Assembly: GCA_033852075.1 (NCBI GenBank)
Contig: JAWSVC010000010.1
Location: 105,683 to 169,682 of the forward strand
Direction of reading: 5' to 3'
DNA length: 64,000 bases
Origin: Gammaproteobacteria bacterium
GTDB lineage: Bacteria > Pseudomonadota > Gammaproteobacteria > QZLD01
Shown here: positions 50,964-61,010 of the stretch, in pieces
Numbering within the stretch: position 1 is the first letter of the stretch
Layout of the letters: each line of letters opens with the position of its first letter
The notes under the pieces: model-generated
What the model saw: only the letters and a program-made list of their open reading frames with translations
What the model was told of the DNA's origin: nothing
Database searches by the model: none
Program-made: the position numbers and the translations under genes

Positions 50964-52118
50964 TTACCCTCCAGTAACAGATGAAGAGTTAGTGGTGTTA
51001 GTTATCTCTTCAATAGTTGCTTTAACCTGCTCTCCATCTTTTACGAATCCATGACCAATAGTTATTACCTGAACATTGGCAGGCAGTCCGGTAACCCAGG
51101 TTGTATTTGATGATGAGTTGATGATTTCAATTGGCAAAAATTTAACTTTGTTGTCGGAAGTTACAGTCTTTACTCCGATATTTCCAGATGGATCAAGTGA
51201 TATTATTGAAGGGGATATAGTATGGGTAATGATGTCGTCATTGTTAAGACATAGTTCAGCAGTCAACCCTGCAAGGATTTGATTATCCTCATTGATCGCT
51301 TTTAATTCTACAGCAAAGGTTCTGGTTTGTGCATTGGCAATAGATGAAATATAGCTGACTGAGCCTTTAGCATTGATACCGGAAAGAGTGGTTGCTGTTC
51401 CTGTGGTGCCGATTTTTATCTTGGAAATATTTTGTTCGGTTATTGATGTGTCAAAAACAATAGGGGAAATGGTTATTAGTTCTGCCAATGCTTTGCCTGT
51501 GGTTATAAAATCACCTTCTTCGGTATATGTGGTGTTGATAATTCCGTCGAATGGGGCGGTGATAGAAATGTTTTCGATCTCAAGCTTTATTTGCGCAAGC
51601 TGAGTTTTTGCCCCTTCAAGGTTAGCCTTGGCCGCAGCCAAATTGGTTTCTGTAGAAAAATTCTTTTTCTGTAGTTTTTTGGCGACTTGATATTCCAGTT
51701 TAAAGCGTTCAAGTTGAGCTTCTGCCTGAGATTTTCTTTCAATCCGGTCATCAAGATCTATTTTAAAAAGGATATCACCTTTTTTAACGTTATCTCCTTT
51801 GGAGACTAATTTTTTTGATAGTTTGCCCGATACTTCAGCTTTTACCTCAAGTATTTTTGATGGTTTGGTCGTCGCTGTGGTGCATATTTTAGGGGAAAAA
51901 CTAACTTGTTTTAAAATCTGTGTGCGAACATGTTTGATTTCGTCTTTGGTTGGCTTAACTATTGGTTTGTTAATAACGGGCTCAGATGAATAGGCTCCGG
52001 ATGCTATCCAACCAGTAAGTAAAATGGCAATTGTTATAGCAATTATTATTGATTGGTTGGTTTTTATAGCTTTTATCATTGTCGGTACCTTTGTATATCT
52101 CAGATCAGGCTTCGGCAC
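50964..52118 (-). CDS. RND efflux periplasmic adaptor (membrane fusion protein, HlyD family)
   Basis: N-terminal TM anchor, central coiled coil (AEAQLERFKLEYQVAKKLQKK ... LEGAKTQLAQIKLEIE), and beta-barrel and lipoyl-like segments. The real start may be the internal Met at 52079. Confidence 0.8.
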   Translation of the reverse strand: MPKPDLRYTKVPTMIKAIKTNQSIIIAITIAILLTGWIASGAYSSEPVINKPIVKPTKDEIKHVRTQILKQVSFSPKICTTATTKPSKILEVKAEVSGKLSKKLVSKGDNVKKGDILFKIDLDDRIERKSQAEAQLERFKLEYQVAKKLQKKNFSTETNLAAAKANLEGAKTQLAQIKLEIENISITAPFDGIINTTYTEEGDFITTGKALAELITISPIVFDTSITEQNISKIKIGTTGTATTLSGINAKGSVSYISSIANAQTRTFAVELKAINEDNQILAGLTAELCLNNDDIITHTISPSIISLDPSGNIGVKTVTSDNKVKFLPIEIINSSSNTTWVTGLPANVQVITIGHGFVKDGEQVKATIEEITNTTNSSSVTGG

Positions 52119-52145
52119 CGGGTAACTTATTAAACCATATTGGTA

Positions 52146-52952
52146 TTATGCAATGCTACGTCCCGGTTCTAGCTGAGATTTAGATTTTAAAGTTGAGCAT
52201 ACATAAGAGAATGCAGAATCAATACGCTGATTGTCTGGTAGCGTAGCTCGTATCATCTGAAGATAGTCTCTTTGTAAAATAAGCTGTGCAGTTTTATCAT
52301 GATTAATATCGAAAACCCAGCTTAATTGCAACAACTTAAAGTCATTTAATGAATGCAGTTCATTATACTTTATAGGTTTGTGAGAGAAAATGCTATTAAT
52401 CGCTGAATCTGAAATGTGCTTGCTATCTTCAAGTTCTAGTTCAACGGTTTTATTCTTTTCAGTATTGCGGTTTTGATAGTGTTCGGTGACGACTCGGTAT
52501 ATGTCCAGTTTATCTGCATCTCTAAGTAAAGATAAGAAAAACTGAGAGCGTTCGGATAGTCCGGTTGGGAGCTTGGGGAGATTGTGGTGGCGCACGCAGT
52601 CGATGATTATGTGTTTATCTCGTGATTCTACAAAATCGAGGATATTAGAATCTTCAAGAATTTCAGCACCAAATTCTCCGTGACTTACTGAGCGGTTATC
52701 GGCAAAGGTGGAATATTTTACATACTGTTCAAATCTTCCAATATCATGTAAAAGCCCAATTGCCTCCGCCAGTATAAGATCGTTTCTATCAACACCAATA
52801 CTAAGAGCAATTGTGGTGATCTCTTTGCTAACCTTCCAAGAGTGAACCTCTTTTAAGCCAATATTTTTTTTCCAGTCTGGAACGCGATATTTAAAAGACC
52901 GCACATACTCAGTGAATTTGAGTTTTATATCATTTAATTGTTCCAGTTCCAT
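52146..52952 (-). CDS. HD-domain metal-dependent phosphohydrolase
   Basis: H...HD...H...HH...D pattern (LLHDIGRF, VSHGEFG, VRHHNL, RDADKLD). Confidence 0.7.
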   Translation of the reverse strand: MELEQLNDIKLKFTEYVRSFKYRVPDWKKNIGLKEVHSWKVSKEITTIALSIGVDRNDLILAEAIGLLHDIGRFEQYVKYSTFADNRSVSHGEFGAEILEDSNILDFVESRDKHIIIDCVRHHNLPKLPTGLSERSQFFLSLLRDADKLDIYRVVTEHYQNRNTEKNKTVELELEDSKHISDSAINSIFSHKPIKYNELHSLNDFKLLQLSWVFDINHDKTAQLILQRDYLQMIRATLPDNQRIDSAFSYVCSTLKSKSQLEPGRSIA

Positions 52953-52976
52953 CAGAATCTCCTACAACTAATTCCG

Positions 52977-53579
52977 TTAGCCGACGTTATCAAGTATCCG
53001 TTTTCTAAATTTTACATGTCTTTCTGTGGCCAGTTTTTCGCAGGCGTCTATATCGACACCGTTAAGACCTTCGATAGCAGAGGCGGTAACATCATCGATA
53101 TATTTGGGTGCCATCTCAACAAAATCCAACATTGCCTGGTATGATCCAATCATGGCCGGTTGGCAGTGGTGGTTATATACCTTTTCATTTTGAGCATTCA
53201 TTGATATTGATATTGCATCAACACACTCACCAAGCTCAGGTAGTACATTGCGTTTATAGACAAGATTTGCCAATCCATCAGTATTTACACGAACCTTGCC
53301 TCCGTGGTCTTTAATCCAATGCGCAATGGCTAAAAGCTCTTTTAGACGCAAGGTTGGTTCTCCAAATCCGCAAAAAACTATCTCGGTATATTTGGTTGGA
53401 TCGCCAATCGCGGCAATGTAATGCTCGACATCGGTTTTTTCATGTAGTGTTAAATCGTATTTATGAACGATTGGGTGACCTTGGGTTTTAGGACAGAACT
53501 GACATTTAAGTGTGCAGGTGCTATTCAGATTTATATAGCGACGGTCTTCAATATCATAAACCAGAATGTCGTCAGACAT
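52977..53579 (-). CDS. Small radical-SAM protein (4Fe-4S CX3CX2C), QueE/NrdG-sized
   Basis: CTLKCQFC near the N-terminus and a GFGEPTL SAM/Gly-rich motif. 200 aa. It is co-directional with the HD gene, 24 nt upstream of it. Confidence 0.7.
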   Translation of the reverse strand: MSDDILVYDIEDRRYINLNSTCTLKCQFCPKTQGHPIVHKYDLTLHEKTDVEHYIAAIGDPTKYTEIVFCGFGEPTLRLKELLAIAHWIKDHGGKVRVNTDGLANLVYKRNVLPELGECVDAISISMNAQNEKVYNHHCQPAMIGSYQAMLDFVEMAPKYIDDVTASAIEGLNGVDIDACEKLATERHVKFRKRILDNVG

Positions 53580-53711
53580 ATGACCCTCTTAGAGTTAAAA
53601 TAGTAGAGGCTTTTAAAACCTTTTTGATTTCCTAGCAAAATGTGTGAAGCGAGAATTTCGCTGCAATGCAGCATTGTAGCATTGTTTTTGTTGTGAAATC
53701 AATAAGGAAAA

Positions 53712-54740
53712 CTAATTCTCAACCTTCCACTCAATATCTTGTCCAGCCATAAAAGGTACTACTGTGCTGTCTCCAAATGGAAATGAATAAGGTATTGTGT
53801 GCCTTTCTTTAGTTAGAGTTATCTTTTCTTTATTGCGATTAAGTCCGTAATAGTCGGCTCCGTAAAAACTAGTGAAAGCTTCTAATTTATGCAGACATTT
53901 TGCTTCGTCAAATGCTTGGCAATAAAGTTCTAGTGCATTTGCAGCCGTATAAATTCCAGCAGAGCCCCCAGCTTTGATCTTGTTTTCGATTGGATGTGGA
54001 GCACTGTCGGTTCCGGCAAAAAATTTAGGGTTTCCGGATGTGGTTGCAGCAATCAAAGCTTTTCTATCTTCTGCAGTTTTTGCAATTGGCAGGCAATAGT
54101 TATGTGGATTTATTCCTTCATTGAAAATGTCATTCCTGGTTATAAACAGGTGATGTGCGGTAATGGTACAAGCAATATTAGGACCTGCGCGTTCAACGAA
54201 CTGGATCATTTCTTTGGTGGTTGCGTGTTCGCAGATAATTCTAAGTGCTGGAAAATTTTGGGTAAGAAAAGTAAGTTCTCTATCAATAAATACCTTTTCC
54301 CGGTCGAATATATCAATGTTGGGATCTGTTACCTCGCAATGAATGGAGAGCGGCATCCCCATCTCTTGTAATTGATTTAGAAGTAACGAGCATTTTTCTA
54401 TGGCCGAAACACCATGTTCAGAATTGGTGGTTGCTCCAGCAGGGTAGTATTTTACCGCAGCAAAGCCTAAGTCTTTTGCGCGAGTCAGTTCATCAGGTGT
54501 GGTATTTTCTGTCAGGTAAAGGGTCATAAGAGGGTCGAAGTTTTTGTTTTCAACCGCATTCATTATTCTCTGTTTGTATTCCAGGGCGGTATCAACTGAT
54601 GTAACCGGTGGGACGATATTGGGCATTATCATTGCGCGGGAGAATATATTAGCGCTGTGATTAACTACAGATGCCATTGCGTTTCCGTCGCGCAGGTGAA
54701 GGTGAAAATCGTCTGGTTTGGTAATGGTTATGCTGTTCAT
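53712..54740 (-). CDS. pyrC: Dihydroorotase (type II, homodimeric)
   Basis: PDDFHLHLRDG, AVKYYPAGATTNS, and a C-terminus matching E. coli PyrC. Start at MNSITI. Confidence 0.9.
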   Translation of the reverse strand: MNSITITKPDDFHLHLRDGNAMASVVNHSANIFSRAMIMPNIVPPVTSVDTALEYKQRIMNAVENKNFDPLMTLYLTENTTPDELTRAKDLGFAAVKYYPAGATTNSEHGVSAIEKCSLLLNQLQEMGMPLSIHCEVTDPNIDIFDREKVFIDRELTFLTQNFPALRIICEHATTKEMIQFVERAGPNIACTITAHHLFITRNDIFNEGINPHNYCLPIAKTAEDRKALIAATTSGNPKFFAGTDSAPHPIENKIKAGGSAGIYTAANALELYCQAFDEAKCLHKLEAFTSFYGADYYGLNRNKEKITLTKERHTIPYSFPFGDSTVVPFMAGQDIEWKVEN

Positions 54741-54875
54741 CTTATGGTCCTGAAGAAACATTTGCGTTAAATGGTTCTGAAATTAGAATATTTTGGTATC
54801 ATACCTGTTGCTCATAAAGATATGAAGCAAGATAATATCACATTCCGTAAATCTAATTTCTGGAGTCAATTGTAA

Positions 54876-56087
54876 ATGTCCAAGGTTAAGAAAGTCGTAT
54901 TGGCGTATTCAGGTGGTCTGGATACATCTGTAATTCTAAAGTGGTTACAAGAAACATATGATTGTGAAGTTGTTACTTTTACCGCTGATATCGGTCAGCG
55001 AGGAGAGGTAGAGCCAGCACGTAAAAAGGCTGAGGCTTTAGGTATTCAAGAGATTTACATTGATGATCTGTGTGAAGAGTTTGCTAGAGATTTCGTATTC
55101 CCAATGTTTCGTGCCAATGCAATCTATGAAGGTGAATACTTGCTTGGAACATCTATTGCGCGCCCATTGATTGCTAAAAGACAGATTGAGATTGCTAATG
55201 AAACTGGTGCAGATGCTGTATGTCATGGTGCTACTGGTAAAGGTAATGATCAAGTGCGCTTTGAACTTGGTTATTATGGTTTAAGACCTGATATCAAAGT
55301 AATTGCTCCGTGGCGTGAGTGGGATCTGATGTCGAGAGAAAAGATGCTTGCCTATGCAGATAAGAACGGCATTGTGATCGAAAAGCATGGTCAAAAGTCT
55401 CCGTACTCTATGGATGCCAATTTGCTGCATATCTCTTATGAAGGAGGTATTCTTGAAGATCCATGGGCTGAGCCGGAAGAAGATATGTGGAGATGGACCG
55501 TATCTCCAGAGGCGGCTCCGGATGAACCAACCTATATCGAGCTTACTTATGAGAAGGGTGATGTGGTTGCTATCGATGGCGTTGCTAAGACTCCTGCTCA
55601 GGTGTTGAATGAATTAAACGATATTGCAGGTAAAAACGGTATTGGACGTTTGGATATTGTAGAAAATAGATATGTTGGTATGAAGTCACGTGGATGTTAC
55701 GAGACACCAGCAGGAACTGTATTGCTAAAGGCGCATCGTGCGATTGAATCGCTGACTCTTGATCGTGAAGCTGCGCACCTAAAAGATGAAATTATGCCTA
55801 AATATGCGGCGATGGTTTACAACGGTTATTGGTGGAGTGAAGAGCGCAGAATGCTGCAAACCATGATTGATGCTTCGCAGGAATCAGTAAACGGTGTAGT
55901 TAGGCTTAAGCTTTACAAAGGTAACGTTGTCGTGGTTGGACGTATGTCTGAAACCGATAGTCTGTTCGACGAAGATATCGCAACCTTTGAAGATGATGCC
56001 GGTGCATATGATCATACTGATGCACATGGGTTTATTAGACTGAATGCATTACGCCTAAAGCTAGCAGCCAAGAAGAAAGGAAAATAA
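54876..56087 (+). CDS. argG: Argininosuccinate synthase
   Basis: [12 protein letters not shown], with full-length collinearity to ArgG. Confidence 0.95.
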   Translation: MSKVKKVVLAYSGGLDTSVILKWLQETYDCEVVTFTADIGQRGEVEPARKKAEALGIQEIYIDDLCEEFARDFVFPMFRANAIYEGEYLLGTSIARPLIAKRQIEIANETGADAVCHGATGKGNDQVRFELGYYGLRPDIKVIAPWREWDLMSREKMLAYADKNGIVIEKHGQKSPYSMDANLLHISYEGGILEDPWAEPEEDMWRWTVSPEAAPDEPTYIELTYEKGDVVAIDGVAKTPAQVLNELNDIAGKNGIGRLDIVENRYVGMKSRGCYETPAGTVLLKAHRAIESLTLDREAAHLKDEIMPKYAAMVYNGYWWSEERRMLQTMIDASQESVNGVVRLKLYKGNVVVVGRMSETDSLFDEDIATFEDDAGAYDHTDAHGFIRLNALRLKLAAKKKGK

Positions 56088-56178
56088 AGCTATTGCTCTC
56101 ATGACACTTTTTAGCGTTGCTGAGATCCCTGATATAGGCAGTAATGCTGTTGGGGAAAGATATAATAGCTAAATATAG

Positions 56179-56259
56179 CGTCATACCGGCGAAGGCCGGT
56201 ATCCAGGAAAGTTAAGGATATATTAATAGCACTGGATGCCGGCCTTCGCCGGCATGACG
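56179..56259. repeat. Inverted pair of REP-like hairpin units (CGTCAT-accggcgaaggccggt-ATCCAG ... CTGGAT-gccggccttcgccggc-ATGACG)
   Basis: Two perfect units in opposite orientation, about 25 nt apart, in the argG-mutL spacer. Confidence 0.7.
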
Positions 56260-56396
56260 ATAGGTTGCTTCAAAGGTAGATAAGAAAATGTAGGGTGGGC
56301 AATGCCCGCCTTTTTTGATTTTTCGGACCCTTCGGCTACGCTCAGGGAGCTTAAAAAAACAAGTTACGGATTAAAAAACCAGGAATTAACTACCAT

Positions 56397-58241
56397 ATGG
56401 CAAAACGGATAAACGCCCTTGATCCTCAACTAATAAATCAGATCGCTGCCGGTGAGGTTATCGAGCGTCCGGCTTCTGTGGTTAAAGAGCTTCTGGAAAA
56501 TAGTCTGGATGCAGGATCAACTTGCATAGATATCGATATCGAAGAAGGTGGGAAAAAGCTTATCCGTGTTCGCGATAATGGTCATGGTATTGATAAGGAT
56601 GATCTTGAGTTGGCTCTTTCACGACATGCAACTAGCAAGGTTAGAAGCTTAGGCGATTTGGAACGAATTAGTAGCCTGGGGTTTCGTGGTGAAGCGCTTC
56701 CAAGTATAAGTTCGGTATCGCGGATGAAGATTACGTCCAAGGATGAGGATAGTGATAATGCTTGGGCGATTATTGGTGATGGTAGTCAGATAGGTAATGA
56801 ACTGACCCCTGCATCGCATACTCAGGGAACCACGATTGAGGTGCGCGATCTGTTCTACAATGTGCCGGCTCGACGCAAATTCCTGCGCACGGATAAAACC
56901 GAATTCAATCATATCAAGGATGTAATTGATAAGATCTCTCTTAGTCGTTTCGGTATTGATATAAATCTGAATAATAACGGTAAAAAGATCGCTAGTTTTC
57001 GCAGTGGTGCCAATGCTGATGCTGAGGCCCGTAGGATTGCTGAGGTTTGCGGCAAACCTTTTGTTGAGAGTGCAATCAAAATTGGCTTTGCGGCTGCTGG
57101 CTTGAGCCTTGAAGGGTGGGTTGCCAAACCAACCTTTTCTCGTAGCCAGGCAGATCTGCAATACTTTTTTGTTAATGGCAGAATCGTACGCGACAAGCTT
57201 ATCGTACACGCAATTCGCCAGGCTTACAGCGATGTGATGTATTCTGGGCGTCACCCTGCATTTGTGCTTTATCTGCAGCTTCCTCCAGAGATGGTGGATG
57301 TAAATGCGCACCCAACCAAGCACGAAGTGCGTTTTCGTGAATCACGTTTAGTACATGACTTTATCTTCCGCGCAATCCATAAGTCGATTGCTGAGCAGAG
57401 GCCGGCTCAGGATGAAAATGCATTGAGCATTTCGGCGCAGTCTATCCCGAGCGTAGTCGAGGGACTAAGTGAGTTTGAAAGATCAAAAGCTTCGTTATCA
57501 TTGCACTCCAAATCAAATAATCACCAATACACTACCTTCAGTCAAAGTTCTATGCCTTTGCCGGTCAAAGAGCAGATGGCTGGTTATGATAAACTAACTC
57601 AGGGTTCTTTGGGTATTGTTGCTGAGGAGAGTGGCGGTGAAGCAACTGAGCAGGAAGAACATCCGTTGGGATTTGCGCTGGGGCAGCTCCATGGCATCTA
57701 TATCTTAGCGCAGAATAAAAGCGGTTTGATTTTGGTTGATATGCATGCGGCGCATGAGCGCATTACCTATGAAAAAATGAAGAGAGAGTATGAATCCAAG
57801 GCAATAGTTGCGCAGCCATTGTTGGTCCCAATTACGATTGCCGTCAGCCGTAACGAGGCCAATATCGTAGAGGAATCAAAAGAGTTTTTTCAGGAGATTG
57901 GTTTGGAAGTAGATCGTATGGGAACTGAAACTGTGGTGGTCAGGCAGGTTCCAGCTTATCTGTATAAGGCTGATGCGGTGAGCTTGGTGAAGGATATTGT
58001 CTCTGATTTGGCTGCTGATGGAATGTCTAATCGCGGTCGCGAGGCAGTTAACCATGTATTGGCGACCATGGCGTGTCATGGTTCAGTGCGTGCGCATCGC
58101 CAACTTACTATTCCTGAGATGAATTCGCTGCTGCGTCAGATGGAACGGACAGAGCGAATAGAGCAGTGTAATCATGGTCGTCCGACCTGGACTTCGTTGA
58201 GCATGGATGATCTGGATAAACTCTTCCTGCGGGGGCGATAG
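56397..58241 (+). CDS. mutL: DNA mismatch repair protein MutL
   Basis: GHKL ATPase N-terminus (IAAGEVIERPASVVKELLENSLDAG, RVRDNGHGI) and MutL C-terminal dimerisation domain. Confidence 0.95.
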   Translation: MAKRINALDPQLINQIAAGEVIERPASVVKELLENSLDAGSTCIDIDIEEGGKKLIRVRDNGHGIDKDDLELALSRHATSKVRSLGDLERISSLGFRGEALPSISSVSRMKITSKDEDSDNAWAIIGDGSQIGNELTPASHTQGTTIEVRDLFYNVPARRKFLRTDKTEFNHIKDVIDKISLSRFGIDINLNNNGKKIASFRSGANADAEARRIAEVCGKPFVESAIKIGFAAAGLSLEGWVAKPTFSRSQADLQYFFVNGRIVRDKLIVHAIRQAYSDVMYSGRHPAFVLYLQLPPEMVDVNAHPTKHEVRFRESRLVHDFIFRAIHKSIAEQRPAQDENALSISAQSIPSVVEGLSEFERSKASLSLHSKSNNHQYTTFSQSSMPLPVKEQMAGYDKLTQGSLGIVAEESGGEATEQEEHPLGFALGQLHGIYILAQNKSGLILVDMHAAHERITYEKMKREYESKAIVAQPLLVPITIAVSRNEANIVEESKEFFQEIGLEVDRMGTETVVVRQVPAYLYKADAVSLVKDIVSDLAADGMSNRGREAVNHVLATMACHGSVRAHRQLTIPEMNSLLRQMERTERIEQCNHGRPTWTSLSMDDLDKLFLRGR

Positions 58242-58247
58242 GAAAAT

Positions 58248-59177
58248 ATGCAGGATAAAAAAGTAATCTGTGTTATGGGGCCAACCGCATCCGGCAAGAC
58301 AGGTCTTGGAATCGAACTGATTGAACATCTTAATGGTGAAATTATCAGTGTTGATTCGGCAATGGTTTATAAAGGGATGGATATCGGTACCGCCAAGCCT
58401 AGCAAAGAAGAACTTGCACGCGCCCCGCATCGTCTTATTGATATTATTGATCCTGCCGAGGCTTATTCTGCTGCAAATTTTCGGGAAGATGCAATTCACG
58501 AAGCTGATCAAATCTTTGCCAAGGGTAAAATTCCAGTTTTGGTTGGTGGAACAATGCTCTATTTTAGAGCTTTGCTAACTGGGTTGTCTAATCTACCGCA
58601 GGCAGATGAAGAAATTCGTAAAAGGCTGGAAGATGAGGCTTTGCAAAATGGCTGGGATAAGATGCATGAGCGTTTACAGCAGGTGGATTCAGCTTCTGCG
58701 GCTAGGATTCATCCTAATGACCCGCAACGAATTCAGCGAGCCTTGGAGGTATATGAGATAACAGGAAAACCTTTAACGCAGCTTTTTGAAGAGCAAAAGA
58801 GAGAACAAGCTCCGTTTCAGGCAATTAAGTTGGCGTTGCAACCAGATGATCGAGCCAAACTGCATCAAAAAATAGAGTTGCGTTTCAAGTTGATGTTAGA
58901 GCAAGGATTTATTGAAGAGGTAGAGAGTCTCAGGTCAAGGGGCGATCTTGATCTTAGTAAACCGTCAATGCGAGCGGTTGGTTATCGTCAGGTTTGGGAG
59001 TACCTTGATGGGGTTCGCAGTTATGAAGAGATGTTTGCCAAAGGGGTGGCCGCTACTAGACAACTGGCAAAGCGTCAGATTACATGGCTGCGGGCGGAAG
59101 ATAATCTAACCTGGTTTGATAGTGATAATGCGCAACTTGTTGAAAATGTATTGAGTTTTGTAGACAATTTAGTATAA
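58248..59177 (+). CDS. miaA: tRNA dimethylallyltransferase
   Basis: P-loop GPTASGKT and [16 protein letters not shown]. Confidence 0.93.
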   Translation: MQDKKVICVMGPTASGKTGLGIELIEHLNGEIISVDSAMVYKGMDIGTAKPSKEELARAPHRLIDIIDPAEAYSAANFREDAIHEADQIFAKGKIPVLVGGTMLYFRALLTGLSNLPQADEEIRKRLEDEALQNGWDKMHERLQQVDSASAARIHPNDPQRIQRALEVYEITGKPLTQLFEEQKREQAPFQAIKLALQPDDRAKLHQKIELRFKLMLEQGFIEEVESLRSRGDLDLSKPSMRAVGYRQVWEYLDGVRSYEEMFAKGVAATRQLAKRQITWLRAEDNLTWFDSDNAQLVENVLSFVDNLV

Positions 59178-59326
59178 AATTAACGTTCGCTTGAAAAAAT
59201 CCCGTTTATCGAGTTTAATACGCGTTGAATGTGCATGCTAGTCACGGATGATGTTAAGGTATGTATCTTGAAGTAAAAGATGGTAAAAGCGATGCTGTAC
59301 AGGTGTCCTAAATGGAATTGTGGACA

Positions 59327-59364
59327 GGCGGAAAAAATAATTTTAAATGTTTCCGCTTTTATTT
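59327..59364 (+). terminator. Candidate rho-independent terminator after miaA
   Basis: GGCGGAAA-(15-nt loop)-TTTCCGC followed by TTTTATTT. Confidence 0.4.
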
Positions 59365-59423
59365 AAACAAATGAGGGGGGATCCTCTCGAATAAGAAAAT
59401 AATTCTTATAAAAGGAGAATAAA

Positions 59424-59699
59424 ATGGCCAAAGGTCAATCATTACAAGAACCTTTTCTAAACGCACTACGTAAAGAGCGCATCCAGGTTGCAATTTACTT
59501 GGTAAATGGTATCAAACTACAAGGTGTTGTTGAGTCTTTTGATCAATTTGTAGTACTACTAAAAAATACTGTAGGTCAAATGGTTTACAAACACGCTATT
59601 TCAACAATCGTTCCTGTTAGAAACGTAAAGTGGCAGACTCCTACGCAGGATGATCAACCAGGGGCTGGTGGTTCGCAGGGCGATATTGGCAACAGATAA
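59424..59699 (+). CDS. hfq: RNA chaperone Hfq
   Basis: [57 protein letters not shown] (Sm1/Sm2 motifs). Confidence 0.95.
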   Translation: MAKGQSLQEPFLNALRKERIQVAIYLVNGIKLQGVVESFDQFVVLLKNTVGQMVYKHAISTIVPVRNVKWQTPTQDDQPGAGGSQGDIGNR

Positions 59700-61002
59700 T
59701 TCAAATACGTCGCAGCATTCTGCGACGGCGTTATTTGACCGCCCGCAATCTGGAGAGCGGGCGGTTTTAGTTCAGGTAGACTTTGGTCAGGCAAATATTG
59801 AAGAAGATATCGAAGAACTTTCTTCTTTGGCTCTGTCTGCAGGCGCTGATCCTGTTGCATTGTTAACTGCTAAACGAAATGCTCCTGATGCCAGAATCTA
59901 TATCGGTAAAGGCAAACTTGAAGAGTTGCATAGAACTGTTGAGCTTGCTGAAGCTGATGTGGTTTTATTCAATCATGCTCTTTCTCCAAGTCAGGAGAGA
60001 AACCTCGAAAAAGAATTGCGTTGTCGTGTGCTTGATCGCGCAGGACTAATTCTGGATATTTTTGCCCAACGCGCACGTACCTTTGAAGGTAAACTGCAGG
60101 TGGAGCTTGCTCAACTGCGGCATATATCTACCCGTTTGGTTAGAGGCTGGACTCATTTGGAAAGGCAAAAAGGTGGTATTGGTTTGCGTGGCCCGGGTGA
60201 AACCCAGTTGGAAACGGATCGCCGATTACTTGGTATTCGCATTAAACAGCTGCGTAAAAAGTTAGAAAAGGTGCGTAAGCAGCGTGATCAAGGTAGACAG
60301 TCACGGATAAAACATGATCTGCCGACTGTAGCTTTGGTTGGCTATACTAATGCAGGCAAGTCGACTCTATTTAATCATATAACTAATTCTGATGTTTACG
60401 CTGCTGATCAGCTGTTTGCAACGCTTGATCCTACTTTGCGAAAAATTCCCCTTAACGAAACTGATTCGGTGATTTTAGCTGATACCGTAGGCTTCATCAG
60501 CCAGCTTCCTCATGAATTAGTTGCTGCATTTCGTGCTACTTTAGAAGAAACAAGAATGGCAAATTTATTGGTGCATGTAATTGATGCCAATGATGAGCTG
60601 CGTAATGAGCGTATAGATCAGGTTAATGAGGTGCTTGATGAGATCGGAGCCAAAGATGTCCCGCAACTATTGGTAATGAACAAGATTGATCTTATGGAGA
60701 TGCCTGCCAGGATTGATGTTAATGAAGATGGAAAGGCAAAGGTTGTATGGCTTTCTGCCAAAACAGGAGATGGACTGGAATTACTAAAGCAGGCATTAAC
60801 TGAGCATTTAGGGCAAGAAAAGATATGTGGTGAAATCACTCTTACCCCTGCAGAAGGTAGAATCAGGGCCAAGTTATTTGCATTGGATGCTGTTAGTGAT
60901 GAAAAAATTCTCGAGAATGGGGATGTTGTGCTTACAGTTAATACCTCGAAAAAGTCTTATAATCAGTTGTGTAAGGAATTGGGTGTTGATTTGTCTTTAT
61001 AA
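59650..61002 (+). CDS. hflX: GTPase HflX
   Basis: [21 protein letters not shown], and the HflX N-terminal domain. Start is uncertain (ATG 59650 overlaps the hfq tail; GTG 59668 and TTG 59686 are alternatives). Confidence 0.88.
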   Translation: MINQGLVVRRAILATDNSNTSQHSATALFDRPQSGERAVLVQVDFGQANIEEDIEELSSLALSAGADPVALLTAKRNAPDARIYIGKGKLEELHRTVELAEADVVLFNHALSPSQERNLEKELRCRVLDRAGLILDIFAQRARTFEGKLQVELAQLRHISTRLVRGWTHLERQKGGIGLRGPGETQLETDRRLLGIRIKQLRKKLEKVRKQRDQGRQSRIKHDLPTVALVGYTNAGKSTLFNHITNSDVYAADQLFATLDPTLRKIPLNETDSVILADTVGFISQLPHELVAAFRATLEETRMANLLVHVIDANDELRNERIDQVNEVLDEIGAKDVPQLLVMNKIDLMEMPARIDVNEDGKAKVVWLSAKTGDGLELLKQALTEHLGQEKICGEITLTPAEGRIRAKLFALDAVSDEKILENGDVVLTVNTSKKSYNQLCKELGVDLSL

Positions 61003-61010
61003 GCTATTGC

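Noticed and set aside
56649-57323. 224-aa minus-strand ORF inside mutL
   Set aside because: Antisense to MutL, which is full-length and collinear with the family.
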